Assembly (NCBI RefSeq): GCF_006345805.1 | Contig: NW_021834505.1 | Span: forward strand, 1 to 51,900 | DNA length: 51,900 bases | Direction: 5' to 3' | Origin: Octopus sinensis | Taxonomy: Eukaryota | Shown: piece by piece, positions 1 through 12,292 of the stretch | Position numbering within the stretch: the first letter of the stretch is position 1 | Layout: each line of letters starts with the position of its first letter | Notes under the pieces: model-generated | The model's input: only the letters and a program-made list of their open reading frames with translations | Databases searched by the model: none | What the model was told of the DNA's origin: nothing | Translations under genes and position numbers: made by a program

Positions 1-1173
1 CTCATATATATTTAAATGATAAACTTCTGCAAAGTTTTACAGATTTTTACAGTTCCAGTGATGGATTGGATCTGTAGTCTTCGAATCAGCTTTCTCCTTT
101 CTGGTTGTATGTATGTATGTATGTATGTATGTATGTATGTATGTATGCATGTATGTATGTATGTATGTATGTATGTATGTATGTATGTATGTATGTATGT
201 ATTATGTGTATACGTATTTGTGTAGGATGTGTATGTGTGTGTGTATGTATATAGTATGTGTCAATGCATATTCTAATGTATGTATGAATCTCTCTCTCTC
301 TCCCTCTCTCTCTCTATCTATCTACTTATCTAACATGTACTCTCCAGGCCATTAAGGGACCTACCATTTCTCGAGATATCCCTGCTGTCCCTTACGATCA
401 ACAAGCCCGCACTAAATACTTTTCCGAATCCATCCGGGATTCCTTCACTCAGCCTTTGCAGCAAGTCTCCACGGTTGCTGACTCTGGTGTCAACGTAGCG
501 AGGCAACAATAACCAACGTTGGTCATTCATCCATCTTTGTGATCAAGCGATCTTTTAGAAATAGCAACCAAATTACTGTGAATCATCTAGATATATTAAG
601 AAAAAGGAAAGTGAACGATAGATAATGCGTTCCTGAATACATTGTACGAGAATAAGATGGGAGGCGGGGGCCATTGCAGGAACCGTAGCTTTCTTCGAGT
701 TCTGCTTGATCAAAGCCAAACTGGGTCTAAACGTCAGCAATAAATGTAAGATGAACATCAACCGAATCGATTTCATTGTTTGTGAGAACGTACGAAGGTC
801 ATGGCTGCCGTTTCTCTTCCTTTATCAAAATAACTAAACAAAATGAAAGAAATAATCAAACCGCAGACAGTTGCATATTCATAGATTAAGAAATATTAAA
901 AAAGAAAAAAGAAAAAAAAAAAAACTCAGTGGAAAGGAAAAAACCTAACTGAATGTAATGAAAAAACAGATATTAGAAAAATAGAGGAATCAATGTTTTG
1001 CGTCCAAAGAACAGCGTAATCATCACGGATTGTTGCAGACATAAATATATGATCCGGCAAAGTAGATGACCAAAAGTAATTAGTAACAGAAGAAGAAGAA
1101 TCAGAGAGAAGACAGAAAGAAAAGGAGCAACAAAACTAAAAATAAAAAAAAAGCTGTCTGTCAGCCTGCCTGT

Positions 1174-1287
<114 letters not shown>

Positions 1288-1496
1288 TCTGTCTGTCTGT
1301 CTCCGTCTTCTGTCTGTCTGTCTGTCTGTCTCTCGCTCTCTCTCCCTCTCTCTATTTATCTATCCATATATGTAGAGAGAATTCACACACACGCACACAC
1401 ACGCACACACACAAAAAAAACAAAAACAAAAGACGAAGACAGGTGGTGTACAAAACAAGCAGATGTATTAGTATAACGCTCAGGAATAGAAAAAGT

Positions 1497-1532
1497 CTTT
1501 TACGTTTCGAGCTTACGCTCTTCTACAGAAAG
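1497..1532 (-). ncRNA. Candidate minimal hammerhead, variant core CTGTAGA
   Basis: Minus strand CTTT-CTGTAGA-A-GAGC GTAA GCTC-GAAAC-GTA-AAAG, inside a roughly 190-bp repeat (1410-1600) homologous to 23030-23160. Confidence 0.55.
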
Positions 1533-1919
1533 GAACACAGAAAGAAGCAAGGGGAGAAAATAAAGAATGTGTAGTGGCTAGCGATTTATCATGGTGAATG
1601 CCAGACAGAGGGGTCACACAGGAGAGCTAGGAAGAAGGGGAGATAATAAAGTAGTGGTGATCCCAAAATAAAGGTGCGTGTACGTGTGTATAAGAGAGCA
1701 TGCATGTGCGTGTGGAAGAAGGCTGGTGACCTTGACGTGTGCGTGTGTGTATGTGCAGGTGTGTGGTGATGGTGTGGGGCTGGGAAGTGGTCTGTGTTAG
1801 TGTGTGCGTGGTGGTGTGATGTGATGTGGTGTTGTGTGGTATTGTGGTGTATGGTGTGGCGGTGTGTGGTGTGGTGTGATGGTGTTGAGATGTGGGGGAG
1901 GTGAGAGTGGGGAAAGCAA

Positions 1920-2125
1920 GGGTGGGGTGCAGTATATATACTAAGACAATATCTGGACTTAAAAGACATATGCTAGTTCACAAAACCATTCCTTCAGAAT
2001 CAAATTCCAAAGGGAAAATGTATAGAAGTAACTTGAATAATATCCGTCACTTGTGTTTTAAACCCGGTCAGTCAGTAGCTGGTCTTAAAAGTCATCTAAG
2101 GGCTCATCAACAGAGTGATTGTACT
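1920..2125 (+). pseudogene. Decayed twin C2H2-type motif, probably the C-terminus of an RTE-like LINE ORF
   Basis: CSIYTKTISGLKRHMLVH and (R)HLCFKPGQSVAGLKSHLRAH followed by a stop; no TGEKP linker. Confidence 0.5.
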
Positions 2126-2510
2126 GAGTAATGGGGTGTGGTGTGTGTGTGTGTGTGTGTGGATGGGACGGCTGTCATCTGTCAAGACGAAGCACTTTGT
2201 CCCTACCCTCGTAACGCGGAGTAGATAAAACAGGGGACAACTGACGAAAGGAATGTTCTTTTTGCTGCCTGTCTCGTTTTCTCTGATTTTTTCGTTGTTC
2301 GAAAAAAGTTCGTTTTCTATGGTTTTGTTTTTTATGTTCTCGTTTCTCATTTTGTCTACATATGTAGGTATGTACATATATGTATGTATGCATATATATA
2401 TATATATTATTTATATTATTATATATATGTATGTATGCATGTATTTATATCATTTAATCCATCATCGTTTGTCCATTAATATAATATAACAAAAAATATA
2501 TATATTTTAC

Positions 2511-2870
2511 TCTTTTACTTGTTTCAGTCATTTGACTGCGGCCATACTGGAGCACCGCCTTTAGTCGAACTAATCGACCCCAGGACTTATTTCTTGTAAG
2601 CCTAGTAGTTATTGTATCGGTCTCTTTTGTTGATCCACTAAGTTGCGGGGACGTAAATATACCAACATCGATTGTCAAGCGATGGTGGTGGGAACAAACA
2701 CTGACACACAGGTTTCTTTCAGTTTCCGCATACCAAATCCACCCACAAGGCTTCGGTCTGCTCGAGACTATAGTGGAAGACACTTGCCCAAGATGCCACG
2801 CAGTGGGACTGAACCCGGAACCATGTGGTTGGGAAACAAGCTTCTTACCACACAACCACGCCTGCGCCTA
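2511..2870 (-). mobile_element. SINE family B (tRNA head, CORE-like segment, internal microsatellite position, 3' module)
   Basis: Homologous to 18921-19340; CORE-like TTGGGCAAGTGTCTTC. Confidence 0.8.
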
Positions 2871-3296
2871 TATGCATGTATATATACAGACATAGAAAGA
2901 CCGGCAGACAGACAGCTGTATACACAGCATTCGTTCATTCGTCCATTCGTTCATTCGTTCATTCGTTCATTCTTTCATTCATTCATTCATACATACATAA
3001 ATATACACATATTAAAAAGGACCTATGTTACCGAGGGAACAGCGAGTGCTTTCCTTTTTCATTTCTATTTTTTCCCACCTTTTTAGTACTCGTTCGGCTT
3101 CAACTCTTTAACTCCAACCAACTTTCTCTTCCCGTTAGACATAAACATTTCTCTTAGATATTAACGCTTTTTATCTCTATTCAAACTCCATCTAATTCTC
3201 AAAAAGCTTTCAGCAGTCCTTTGCAATGGCCACATACACACGCTGAACATTTGATGGCTTCCACTGATTACAAATACTCAAGCAGTAAATAAAGAA

Positions 3297-3463
3297 TGTA
3301 TGTATGTATGTATGTATGTATGTATGTATGTATGTATGTATGTATGTATGTATGTATGTGTGTATGCATGTATGTACGTACGTATGTACGTATGCATGTA
3401 TGTATGTACGTATGTATGTGTGTATGTATGTATATATGTATGCATGTATATAAACATATCAAC

Positions 3464-3529
<66 letters not shown>

Positions 3530-3543
3530 GTCTGTCTGTCTGC

Positions 3544-3634
<91 letters not shown>
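3297..3634. repeat. Compound (TATG)n/(TATC)n array, representative of dozens of TATG, TATC, TA, CA and GA arrays in the window
   Basis: Direct inspection. Confidence 0.95.
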
Positions 3635-3635
<1 letters not shown>

Positions 3636-3944
3636 ATTCGGTTTGACATTTCATTCTATTCTTGGAACAAACAGATTATCTGTTTATCAGATTTTAACTC
3701 TGTATATATATACGTTAGTCAATACCAGACAAATGTTACAGATATTTAAAACTTCAGAATATGCTTTGGCCATTCAACTCATAAAGCTGGTTCGATATTG
3801 AGGAAGTATCTAGCTAAAAATAGAATCGAAATAAAATGGCCGAAATTGTTACTAAAAAAAGGCAAAGGAATTGAATATATTAGCAACGGAGTGGAATTCT
3901 TTTGAAGTTCAACTTGCGCAACATGCATACACACACACACACGC

Positions 3945-3996
<52 letters not shown>

Positions 3997-4242
3997 ACAT
4001 CTTTTAATTGTTTCTGCGGCCAAGCTGAGACACAGTCCTAAATAACTTAGTAGAACAAATTGACCTCCTGAGTACTTACATAATTTTGTAAATGTCTGGT
4101 GCTAATCTTATCTGTTTCTTTTGCCGAACCACTTAGTCACGGGGACTTAAACAAACCAACACCGGTTGTCAAGCTATTGGTGGGTGTATGTGGCAGATAC
4201 AGGCACAAAGATCACACACACAGAGGACCTACGTAAACACAC

Positions 4243-4279
<37 letters not shown>

Positions 4280-4319
4280 ACAAGCTTCCACAGAATTTCT
4301 GTCCACCAAATTCACCTAC

Positions 4320-4621
4320 GCGGAGGCACATGGCCTAATGGTTAGAGCAGCGGACTCGCGGTCGAGGGATCGCGGGTTCGAATCTCAAACCGGGCGATGT
4401 GTGTGTGTTATGAGCGAAACACCTAAGCTGCACGCGGCTACGGCAGAAGGTAATGGCGAACGTCTGCTGACTCTTTCGCTACAACTTTCTCTCACTCTTT
4501 CCTCCTGCATCTTGCAGCTCACCTGCGACGGACCGGCGTCCCGTCCAGGTGGAGAACCTATACGCCAAGGAAACCGGAAAACCAGCCCTCCTGAGCCAGG
4601 CATGGCTTGAGAAGGAACAAA
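4320..4621 (+). mobile_element. tRNA-derived SINE family A (tail type 1) nested in a family B SINE, 13-bp TSD
   Basis: Head TGGCCTAATGGTTAGAGCAGCGGACTCGCGG..GGTTCGAATC (A and B boxes); TSD CAAATTCACCTAC at 4307-4319 and 4622-4634. Confidence 0.85.
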
Positions 4622-4934
4622 CAAATTCACCTACAGAGCAATTATTGGCCCGAGGCTAAAGTAGAAGACACTTGCCCAAGGTACTCTGCAGTGGGCTTGG
4701 ACCTGAAGCTACGTGTCACATTCGGTTAAAAAGTGAAGGTGATATCCAGCGTTTATATTTTTCTTTTTATTAGAAATTTGTCGTTCCTCACTGGTTTGTT
4801 CTGCGTGGTCAGATGATTAACGAAGAACATATGTAGATGCTTTAAGGCGTTCGAAAGAAGCATCACAAAACAAGAGGCCTGACACATGGGCAAACAAACC
4901 TTAGATGTATTGTGACAATGTACCTGCTTATTAA

Positions 4935-5145
4935 GGCGTCGAGCTGGCAGAAACGTTAGCATGCCGGGCGAAATGCTTAGTGGTATTTCGTCTGTCTTTA
5001 CGTTCTGAGTTCAAATTCCGCCGAGGTCGACTTTGCCTTTCATCCTTTCAGGATCGATAAAATAAGTACCATTTGTGTACTGAGGTCGATCTTATCGACT
5101 AGCCCCCTCCCCCAAAATTTCGGGCCTTGTGCCTAGAGTAGAAAA
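4935..5145 (+). mobile_element. SINE family C (tRNA head plus a Meta-domain-like GACTTTGCCTTTCATCCTTTC segment)
   Basis: GCGAGCTGGCAGAAACGTTAGCA..GAGTTCAAATTCCGCC. Other copies at about 5530(-), 8600-8828(-), 15225-15435(-), 18455(-), 21700(-) and 39305(+). Confidence 0.8.
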
Positions 5146-6665
5146 GAATGGACCTGCTTATGCATCACTTTTTGTCGGTAAATTTTCGACTCGCCATGAA
5201 CAACTCCCATCCTCAGCGACCCTGGTATCCGTACTTAGTCTCTGAAAACATTTTAATTCCAATAGTTGATTGGAATAAAAGTCGCCGATTCCAGACGAAT
5301 GCAGTGCTCGAAGAGAATTTGCAACGAAACTTGTAAAATATCCATAAAAAACGTTATCCAGGACACGTTCTAAAACGGGTAAAAACCCCATTAGGAGTGG
5401 TGGGTCTATAGCAGAAACAACAATTTTGAAGGGGATAAGTCTGACAAAATTGAAAGCAAAACCAATTATTTTTCGAAATTTGATTTTCACGAACAAAACT
5501 CATATATATGGGGGACGTATATTTTGCATGTGACTCAATACCTCACCAAGTCCTTTGGAGTGTTGGTGCAAAGATGGCAGCTTTGTGGGGAGGAGAAAGT
5601 CGACTACGTTGAACTCAGCACTCAACTTACTTTATCGACCGTTAAACGATGGAAGGCAAAACCAACCACGGAGAATTTGATTTTTGAACGTTAAGAACCG
5701 GAAAAAATGCCACTAAGCATTTTGTCCGGCGTAGTAACGATTCTGCCAGTTAGCTGTCTTAAACACACCTCTTTAATACAGTTGGCATTGATAACATATA
5801 CATATTTTCGTATCAAAGAGTAAGAAAGACACACAGACACGCATAATACACACAGACATGGACACAGGGAGAAAGAAAGAGAGCGAGAAAGAAAGAGAAG
5901 CTGAGAGCAAGAGAGCAAGAGAATGATAGAATATTATTCTTGCATTCATACATCCACACACATTTATCAATACATAATATGTGTTTATCAATGTCCTTCA
6001 AGTTTTGTAACTTTATATGTTTCAAATAACGATAAGAGTAACTTATATAAATATATCAATATATCATATCAATAATGCATCACAAATTTGAAAAGGAAAA
6101 AAAAACACAAACATATGTAAGCAATATAATAAAACAATATAAAACAAAGCGAAAATTGCTAAACTTGAAGGAAAAACGAAACATGTGGACTTGCTGTGGA
6201 GCACAAAACAAGAACGGTTAATCAAGTGTATTTTAGCAAAACAAGGGAAAAACCCGAACAAATAAACTGAAAAAACAATAATAGCGAAATATTGAAAAAC
6301 AATGGAGGAGTGAAAAACAATGCGAAACAGGAGTAAAATGGAGTAAAATGAGATGCAAAATGAGTTTATTAGATGAATAGATTTTTTTTGCCTATTTTTA
6401 GGAATGCTTTTCAAAAAAGTGTTGTGTTGTTATTACCAAGTAAGTAAAAGCTGTAGGTGTTAAATATGTAAACTACAATATTTGTATGTATGTGTGAGCG
6501 TGTGCATGAATGTGTGTGTGTGTGTGTATATGTATATATATAAATGTATATATGTATATATCTATAAATGTATATATGTATATATATGTATATATATAAA
6601 TGTACATATGCATATATATATATAATATATATATATGTATATATTATATAATATAATATATATAT

Positions 6666-6696
<31 letters not shown>

Positions 6697-6899
6697 ATAT
6701 AAATGTATATATATATGTAAATATATAAATGTATATGCATATGAGTGTATGTAAAACACACACATATATACACAACGTATAATTACGTATTTATGCATAC
6801 ATATATGCACATACATACATACATTTATTCATACATACATACACGCGCGCGCGCGCACACACACACACCCAAATATATATAATATTCTGTTCTTCTTTC

Positions 6900-7275
6900 A
6901 TTCTTTCATTTGTTTCAGTCATTTGACAGTGACCATGCTGGAGTACTGCCATTAGTTGAACAAATCGACCCCAGGACTAGTACTTATTCTATTGTTCCCC
7001 TTTGCCGAACCGCTAAGTTACGGGGACGTAAACACACTAATATCGGTTGTTAAGCGATGGTTGGGGGGACAAACACAAGCACACGAACATATACATATGT
7101 ATATAATATATATATATATATATTATATGACGGGCTTCTTTACCAAATCCACTTACAAGGCTTTGGTCAGCCCGAGGCTATAGTAGAAGACACTTGCCCA
7201 AGGTGCCATGCAGTGGGACTAAACCTGAAACCATGTGGTTGGTAAGCAAGCTACTTGATACACAGCCACTGCTAT
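6900..7275 (-). mobile_element. SINE family B
   Basis: Homologous to 18921-19340 with an internal (TA)n. Confidence 0.8.
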
Positions 7276-7738
7276 GACTGTAACAAATAAAATAATATAC
7301 ATACATATATACATATATATATGTATGTATGTTAAATGCATACAGACATATGTATATAATGGTACATAACTGGCTGGTGCTTTTCGGAAGAAAGTAGAAA
7401 GTAGGCAGTCAGTAGGTTTTGTTTATTAAAATAGAGATGCTAAAGCAAACCAACGTTCCAGAACTAAGTTTTAAAATCCCTCCGACGATTGACGATTGAC
7501 TATTAGTTATGGACTAATAGTCATGTTTATATCTCTCTATGTGTGTATGTATGTATGCATGTATGTATGTATGTATGTATGTATGTATGTATGTATGTAT
7601 GTATGTATGTATGTATGCATGTATGTATGTATGTATCTGTGTGTGCATATCTGTTAGCGTGTATATATATATACATACACACATGGAATATGCACCATTT
7701 ATATAAATCTGTGCGTATACATACATACATATATAGAT

Positions 7739-7826
<88 letters not shown>

Positions 7827-7954
7827 AAATGCAAATTTACTTCGAAATAAGAAACTGAAACAGCTGTAAATGTTCTTGAACAACAATTAAACTATGACCT
7901 TTTAATACCATTGATCAACTTCTAATTGTTAATTGTTGCTCCATTTCTTTTTCT

Positions 7955-8075
<121 letters not shown>

Positions 8076-8877
8076 ACTTTTATAGGTGAGTGTTGTAGCA
8101 TGTAAGCTCCTAATTTTGCGCTTGGTTTGTTTAATAATCCGATATTTTAGTGGAATCTCAAGAAAGGTTAACTGGCAACCATAGTCGATTCCACCTCTGT
8201 GGGATTATGGGTATGTATTTTATGAACTTTGCAAAAATGAAAGTCAGAATCACATTCATACACACTCACACATAAACACGCTCAAAGTATCAGACAAGAT
8301 ATTTTTTGTTAAACGAAAAGATCAACTATTTTGTGTTTTGTATCAGGTTACTCTTGTATGTATTTGTATGTGTGTTGGTGTGTGTGTCTGTTTATGTGTG
8401 CGTGTGTCTGTATCTGTCTGTATAGGTATGTGTGTGTGAATGCATATATGTGTGTTTGTGCTTGTATGTGGATATGTGTGTGCGCGTGTGTGTATATGTG
8501 TGTTCATGCGTGTGTTTCTGTGCAAGCGTGTCTTGTGACTATGTGTGATTGTGCATGCATGTGTGCACGAGTGTCGATGTGTATATATATATATATATTT
8601 CTTTACTGCCCACAAGGGGCTAAACGTAGAGGGGACAAATAAGGACAGACAAAGGGATTAAGTCGATTACATCGACCACAGTGCGAAACTGGTACTTTAT
8701 TTATCGACCCCGAAAGGATGAAAGGCAAAGTCGACCTTGGCAGAATTTGAACTCAGAACGTAACGACAGACGAAATACCGCTAAGCATTTCGCCCGGCGC
8801 GCTAACGTTTCTGCCAGCTCGCCGCCTTCTATATATATGTGTGTGTATGAGTGTATGCGCATGCATTTTCGTGTGTA

Positions 8878-9719
8878 CGAGGTCTGATCAATAAGTATCC
8901 GGACTGTTACCATAGTGTCGAAGCACGCAAGGTGAAGCCGCTTGGCACAGATTGATCTTGAACTCTTCTTTGCTTTAACGTTGTAGCTTACTTCAGCTAT
9001 TTACAGCAGTGCTTCGAAGGAAGGTGTGTAGCGTGTGATCGTCGCATTGACCATGACAAAGAAAGTTGTACCTACTCAGAGGCCTACGCAAAGTTGCAGA
9101 AACTGTATGGAGAGGAGTGTATGCGCTGCACACAAGTATACGAGTGGTTCAGAAGTTACCAAGATGGCTGAAAAAATGTTGATATTAACGAACGTTCTGG
9201 AAGACTCGCAATCTGCAGAACTGAGAAAAACATCGCAGATGTGCGTGCAGCTGTGAGGGGAAATCGTCGAATCACCATCCGTGAGTTATCGGGGGATGTG
9301 CAGATTAGTTACGGTTCAGTTCAGTTCCATTATCACTGACGACTTGGGTACGAGACGCGTGTCTGCCAAGTTTGTGCCAAAACTGCTTTCAGTTGACCAA
9401 AATGAGATTCGGGTTTCAGTTGCACAAGATCTCCTTGATTGAAAACCTTGCGTAGGCCTCTGAGCAGATATCCCCAAGCTTTTGGCAAAATTTGATGCAG
9501 ATTCTCTGATAACTTTCTCTGTCATGGTTAAAGCGACGATCACACGCTACACACCTTCCTTTTAAGCACTGCTGTAAACAGTGTACGTGAGCTATGACGT
9601 TAAAACATAGTGCACATGAACAGCAGAGTTCAAGTTCAATCTGTACTAAGCGGCTTCACTTTGCGTGCTTTAGCTTCGTTACTATGGTAACAATCCGGAT
9701 ACATATTGATCAGACCACG
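8878..9719 (+). mobile_element. Non-autonomous mariner derivative with two inverted left ends
   Basis: TIRs CGAGGTCTGATCAATAAGTATCCGGA / TCCGGATACATATTGATCAGACCACG; TA on the left. Internal transposase remnant reads VYEWF, RRITIRELS..ISYGSVQSII..LG.RRVSAKFVPKLL. 9444-9719 is an inverted copy of 8878-9095. Confidence 0.85.
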
Positions 9720-10798
9720 TTTGCGTGTACGTGCTTGTATTTTCGACTCTGTGTGTGTGTGTGTATGCGTGTCTGTGTGTGCGTGTGCATGTCTGAGTGT
9801 TTGTGTGTGTGAAATGCTTTCTGTGACTAGGACACGTTTATCGAAAATCAATTATGTTTCACATAAAATCGAACTTGATTAGATGTGTTAAATCTAGTAA
9901 AATTCTTCAAACTGAGTTTCCTATTTTATTCTTACTATTTTCATTCTAATGCCGCATTAAAGTTTATCCTTCATCGCATTTATACCAAAAGTTCGCCGCA
10001 ATATGTTTTTGCTCCAATAATTTTATATAAAATGTTACATGTATATACGCATATGGGGTCCATGAAACCAAATAAAGAAACCGCTATTCTAATGGTTATG
10101 TATAACTTAGCCCAGGGGTGCATCTGGCTTCTGGCTTCTGGCTGTCGAGAGACAACAATGTTGAAACATCGGATCCCTAGAATTCCTTGTTATAATGAGT
10201 AGTATTATGAAAAAATATTCTCCTGTAACGAATATAACAGCGATTGGCATATACACGTCCGAATCGACAGAAACGTATGATGAAGAAATATGAGTCATCA
10301 AATATCGAGTAGAATTTGAAAAAAATAACATAAATTGAAGAATAGATTTTTAACAATAGGCTGTAGAAAATTTTGAGTGGGCGTAAAAAAAAAACGTCTT
10401 CTTAAACATAAATAGTTAAACTAACTGAAAATAGCTATAGCATTTCTTAGACAAATGGAATTCATTGACGTCAAATGTCCATTAGTTGGAAGTGTGCTGA
10501 CCAAAACCTCCCTCCCCTCTCTCTCTCTCCTCTTTCTCTTTGTATATGATATACATAAATATATATCTTTGTGTCTGTACACACACACACACACACACAC
10601 ACGCGCTCACACACGCGCGCGCGCTCACACACGCATACACTCACAGAGGCCTGAAGAACATCGTCCTTTCTTCGCGAAAGGAAGATAGAAGTAGCTGTGG
10701 GCGTTGGTTTAAGTCGTTCAAATTATAGAAATGCTCTACTTAATAGTCTCGAGTATTGTTTCTTTCGTCCATTACACTTCTTCCTTCTCCTCCAACTA

Positions 10799-10872
<74 letters not shown>

Positions 10873-11030
10873 CTTTTTATTCCGTTTTAGCCATTGGACA
10901 GCGGAATGCTGGGAGTGACCCCAGTACTAATTTTTAAAGTCTGGTACTGACACTCTGATACATTATAGATGTTATCTATTTATACCCCCCCCACACACAC
11001 GCACACACATACACACACACACAAATATAT

Positions 11031-11329
11031 GTGGAGGCGCAATGGCCCAGTGGTTAGGGCAGCGGACTCGCGGTCGTAGGATCGCGCTTTCGATTCCCAG
11101 ACTGGGCGTTGTGAGTGTTTATTGTGAGAAAGCACCTAAAGCTCCATGTGGCTTCGGCAGGGGTAGGTGGTGAACACTGCTGTACTCTTTCGCCACAACT
11201 TTCTCTCACTCTTTCTTCTGTTGGTCTGCTCGCTTAGCCAGCGGGGTGGCATCATTTGAAGGCTAAAACAATGCGAAGCGCATTGTGACCAGCGATGTGT
11301 AGCAACATCTGATAGCCTGGTCGGTCACG

Positions 11330-11334
<5 letters not shown>
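11031..11334 (+). mobile_element. SINE family A (tail type 3)
   Basis: GTGGAGGCGCAATGGCCCAGTGGTTAGGGCAGCGGACTCGCGG head; tail ..GCAACATCTGATAGCCTGGTCGGTCACG. Confidence 0.85.
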
Positions 11335-11364
<30 letters not shown>

Positions 11365-11366
<2 letters not shown>

Positions 11367-11563
11367 AGTAAACACATAAATGTGAAACAAGGTGGAAAAA
11401 AGAGTACTCAAATACCAGTGGTAGAGTAATATGCTTTATTTAAAGCAGCAGAAAATTCAACAAAACCTGTTACTCTGAGTTTCTAGCAAAAACTGTCCGA
11501 TGAACGGAAACGTGAAACTCAGAGTAACAGGTTTTGTTGAATTTTCTGCTGCTTTAAATAAAG
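11365..11563 (+). mobile_element. Short (TA)n-embedded element: perfect 50-bp inverted repeat with a hammerhead at its apex
   Basis: Arms 11434-11483 and 11514-11563, 30-nt spacer; flanked by (TA)n on both sides; sibling copy at 35885-36013. Confidence 0.75.
11487..11536 (+). ncRNA. Candidate minimal type I hammerhead ribozyme (core CCGATGA)
   Basis: CAAAAACTGT-CCGATGA-ACG GAAA CGT-GAAAC TCAGA GTA-ACAGGTTTTG: stem I 9/10 paired, stem II with GAAA tetraloop, GUA triplet. Confidence 0.7.
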
Positions 11564-11592
11564 TATATATGTATATATATATATATATAATA

Positions 11593-11637
<45 letters not shown>

Positions 11638-11640
<3 letters not shown>

Positions 11641-11871
11641 GGTGGCCCAAAAGTAGGTTTACAGCTACCACGTAGACACTTTGAAATTTCTTTGAAAACA
11701 TTTTATTACATTCAAATTTCTATCTCACAAACTGAAAGGGAGCTTGACAAAATTATTAACTAAATAATAGAATAAGGGTTTCATTTGTTTTATTATTAAG
11801 ATCTAAACTGTTAATATATGAATGCGAAAGAGATAGTTGAATAACTGTAAACCTACATTTGGGCCACCCTG
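11638..11871. mobile_element. Tc1/mariner-superfamily MITE (234 bp)
   Basis: 27-bp TIRs CAGGGTGGCCCAAAAGTAGGTTTACAG with 1 mismatch; TA target duplication on both sides. Confidence 0.85.
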
Positions 11872-11889
11872 TATATGCATATACTCTTT

Positions 11890-12292
11890 TACTCTTTTTT
11901 TTTACTTGTTTCAGTCATTTGACTGCGGCCAGGCTCGAGCACCGCCTTTAAGTCGAGCAAATCGACCCCGGGACTTATTCTTTGTAAGCCCAGTACTTAT
12001 TCTATCCGTCTCTTTTGCCGAACCGCTAAGTGACGGGGACGTAAACACACCAGCATCGGTTGTCAAGCAATGCTAGGGGGACAAACACAGACACACAAAC
12101 ACATACACACACACAATATATATACATACATATATACGACAGGCTTCTTTCAGTTTCCGTCTACCAAATCCACTCACAAGGCATTGGTCGGCCCGGGGCT
12201 ATAGTAGAAGACACTTGCCCAAGGTGCCACGCAGTGGGACTGAACCCGGAACCATGTGGTTGGTTAGCAAGCTACTTACCACACAGCCACTC
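11890..12292 (-). mobile_element. SINE family B
   Basis: Near-identical to 18921-19340. Confidence 0.85.

Noticed and set aside
330-530. GC-richer block open in one frame on each strand (DLLQRLSEGIPDGFGKVFS on minus)
   Set aside because: No strong splice pair or recognisable domain; may be an old LINE RT fragment, but I cannot support a call.
4320-4395. tRNA-like sequences (also at 11031, 22240, 23480, 30500)
   Set aside because: These are SINE heads: A and B boxes are present but there is no acceptor stem, and they continue into SINE bodies.
5150-5500. Possible very decayed mariner fragment (AVLEEN..EFATKL..KT.SR..KTGK)
   Set aside because: Needs several frameshifts and has no TIR; too weak.
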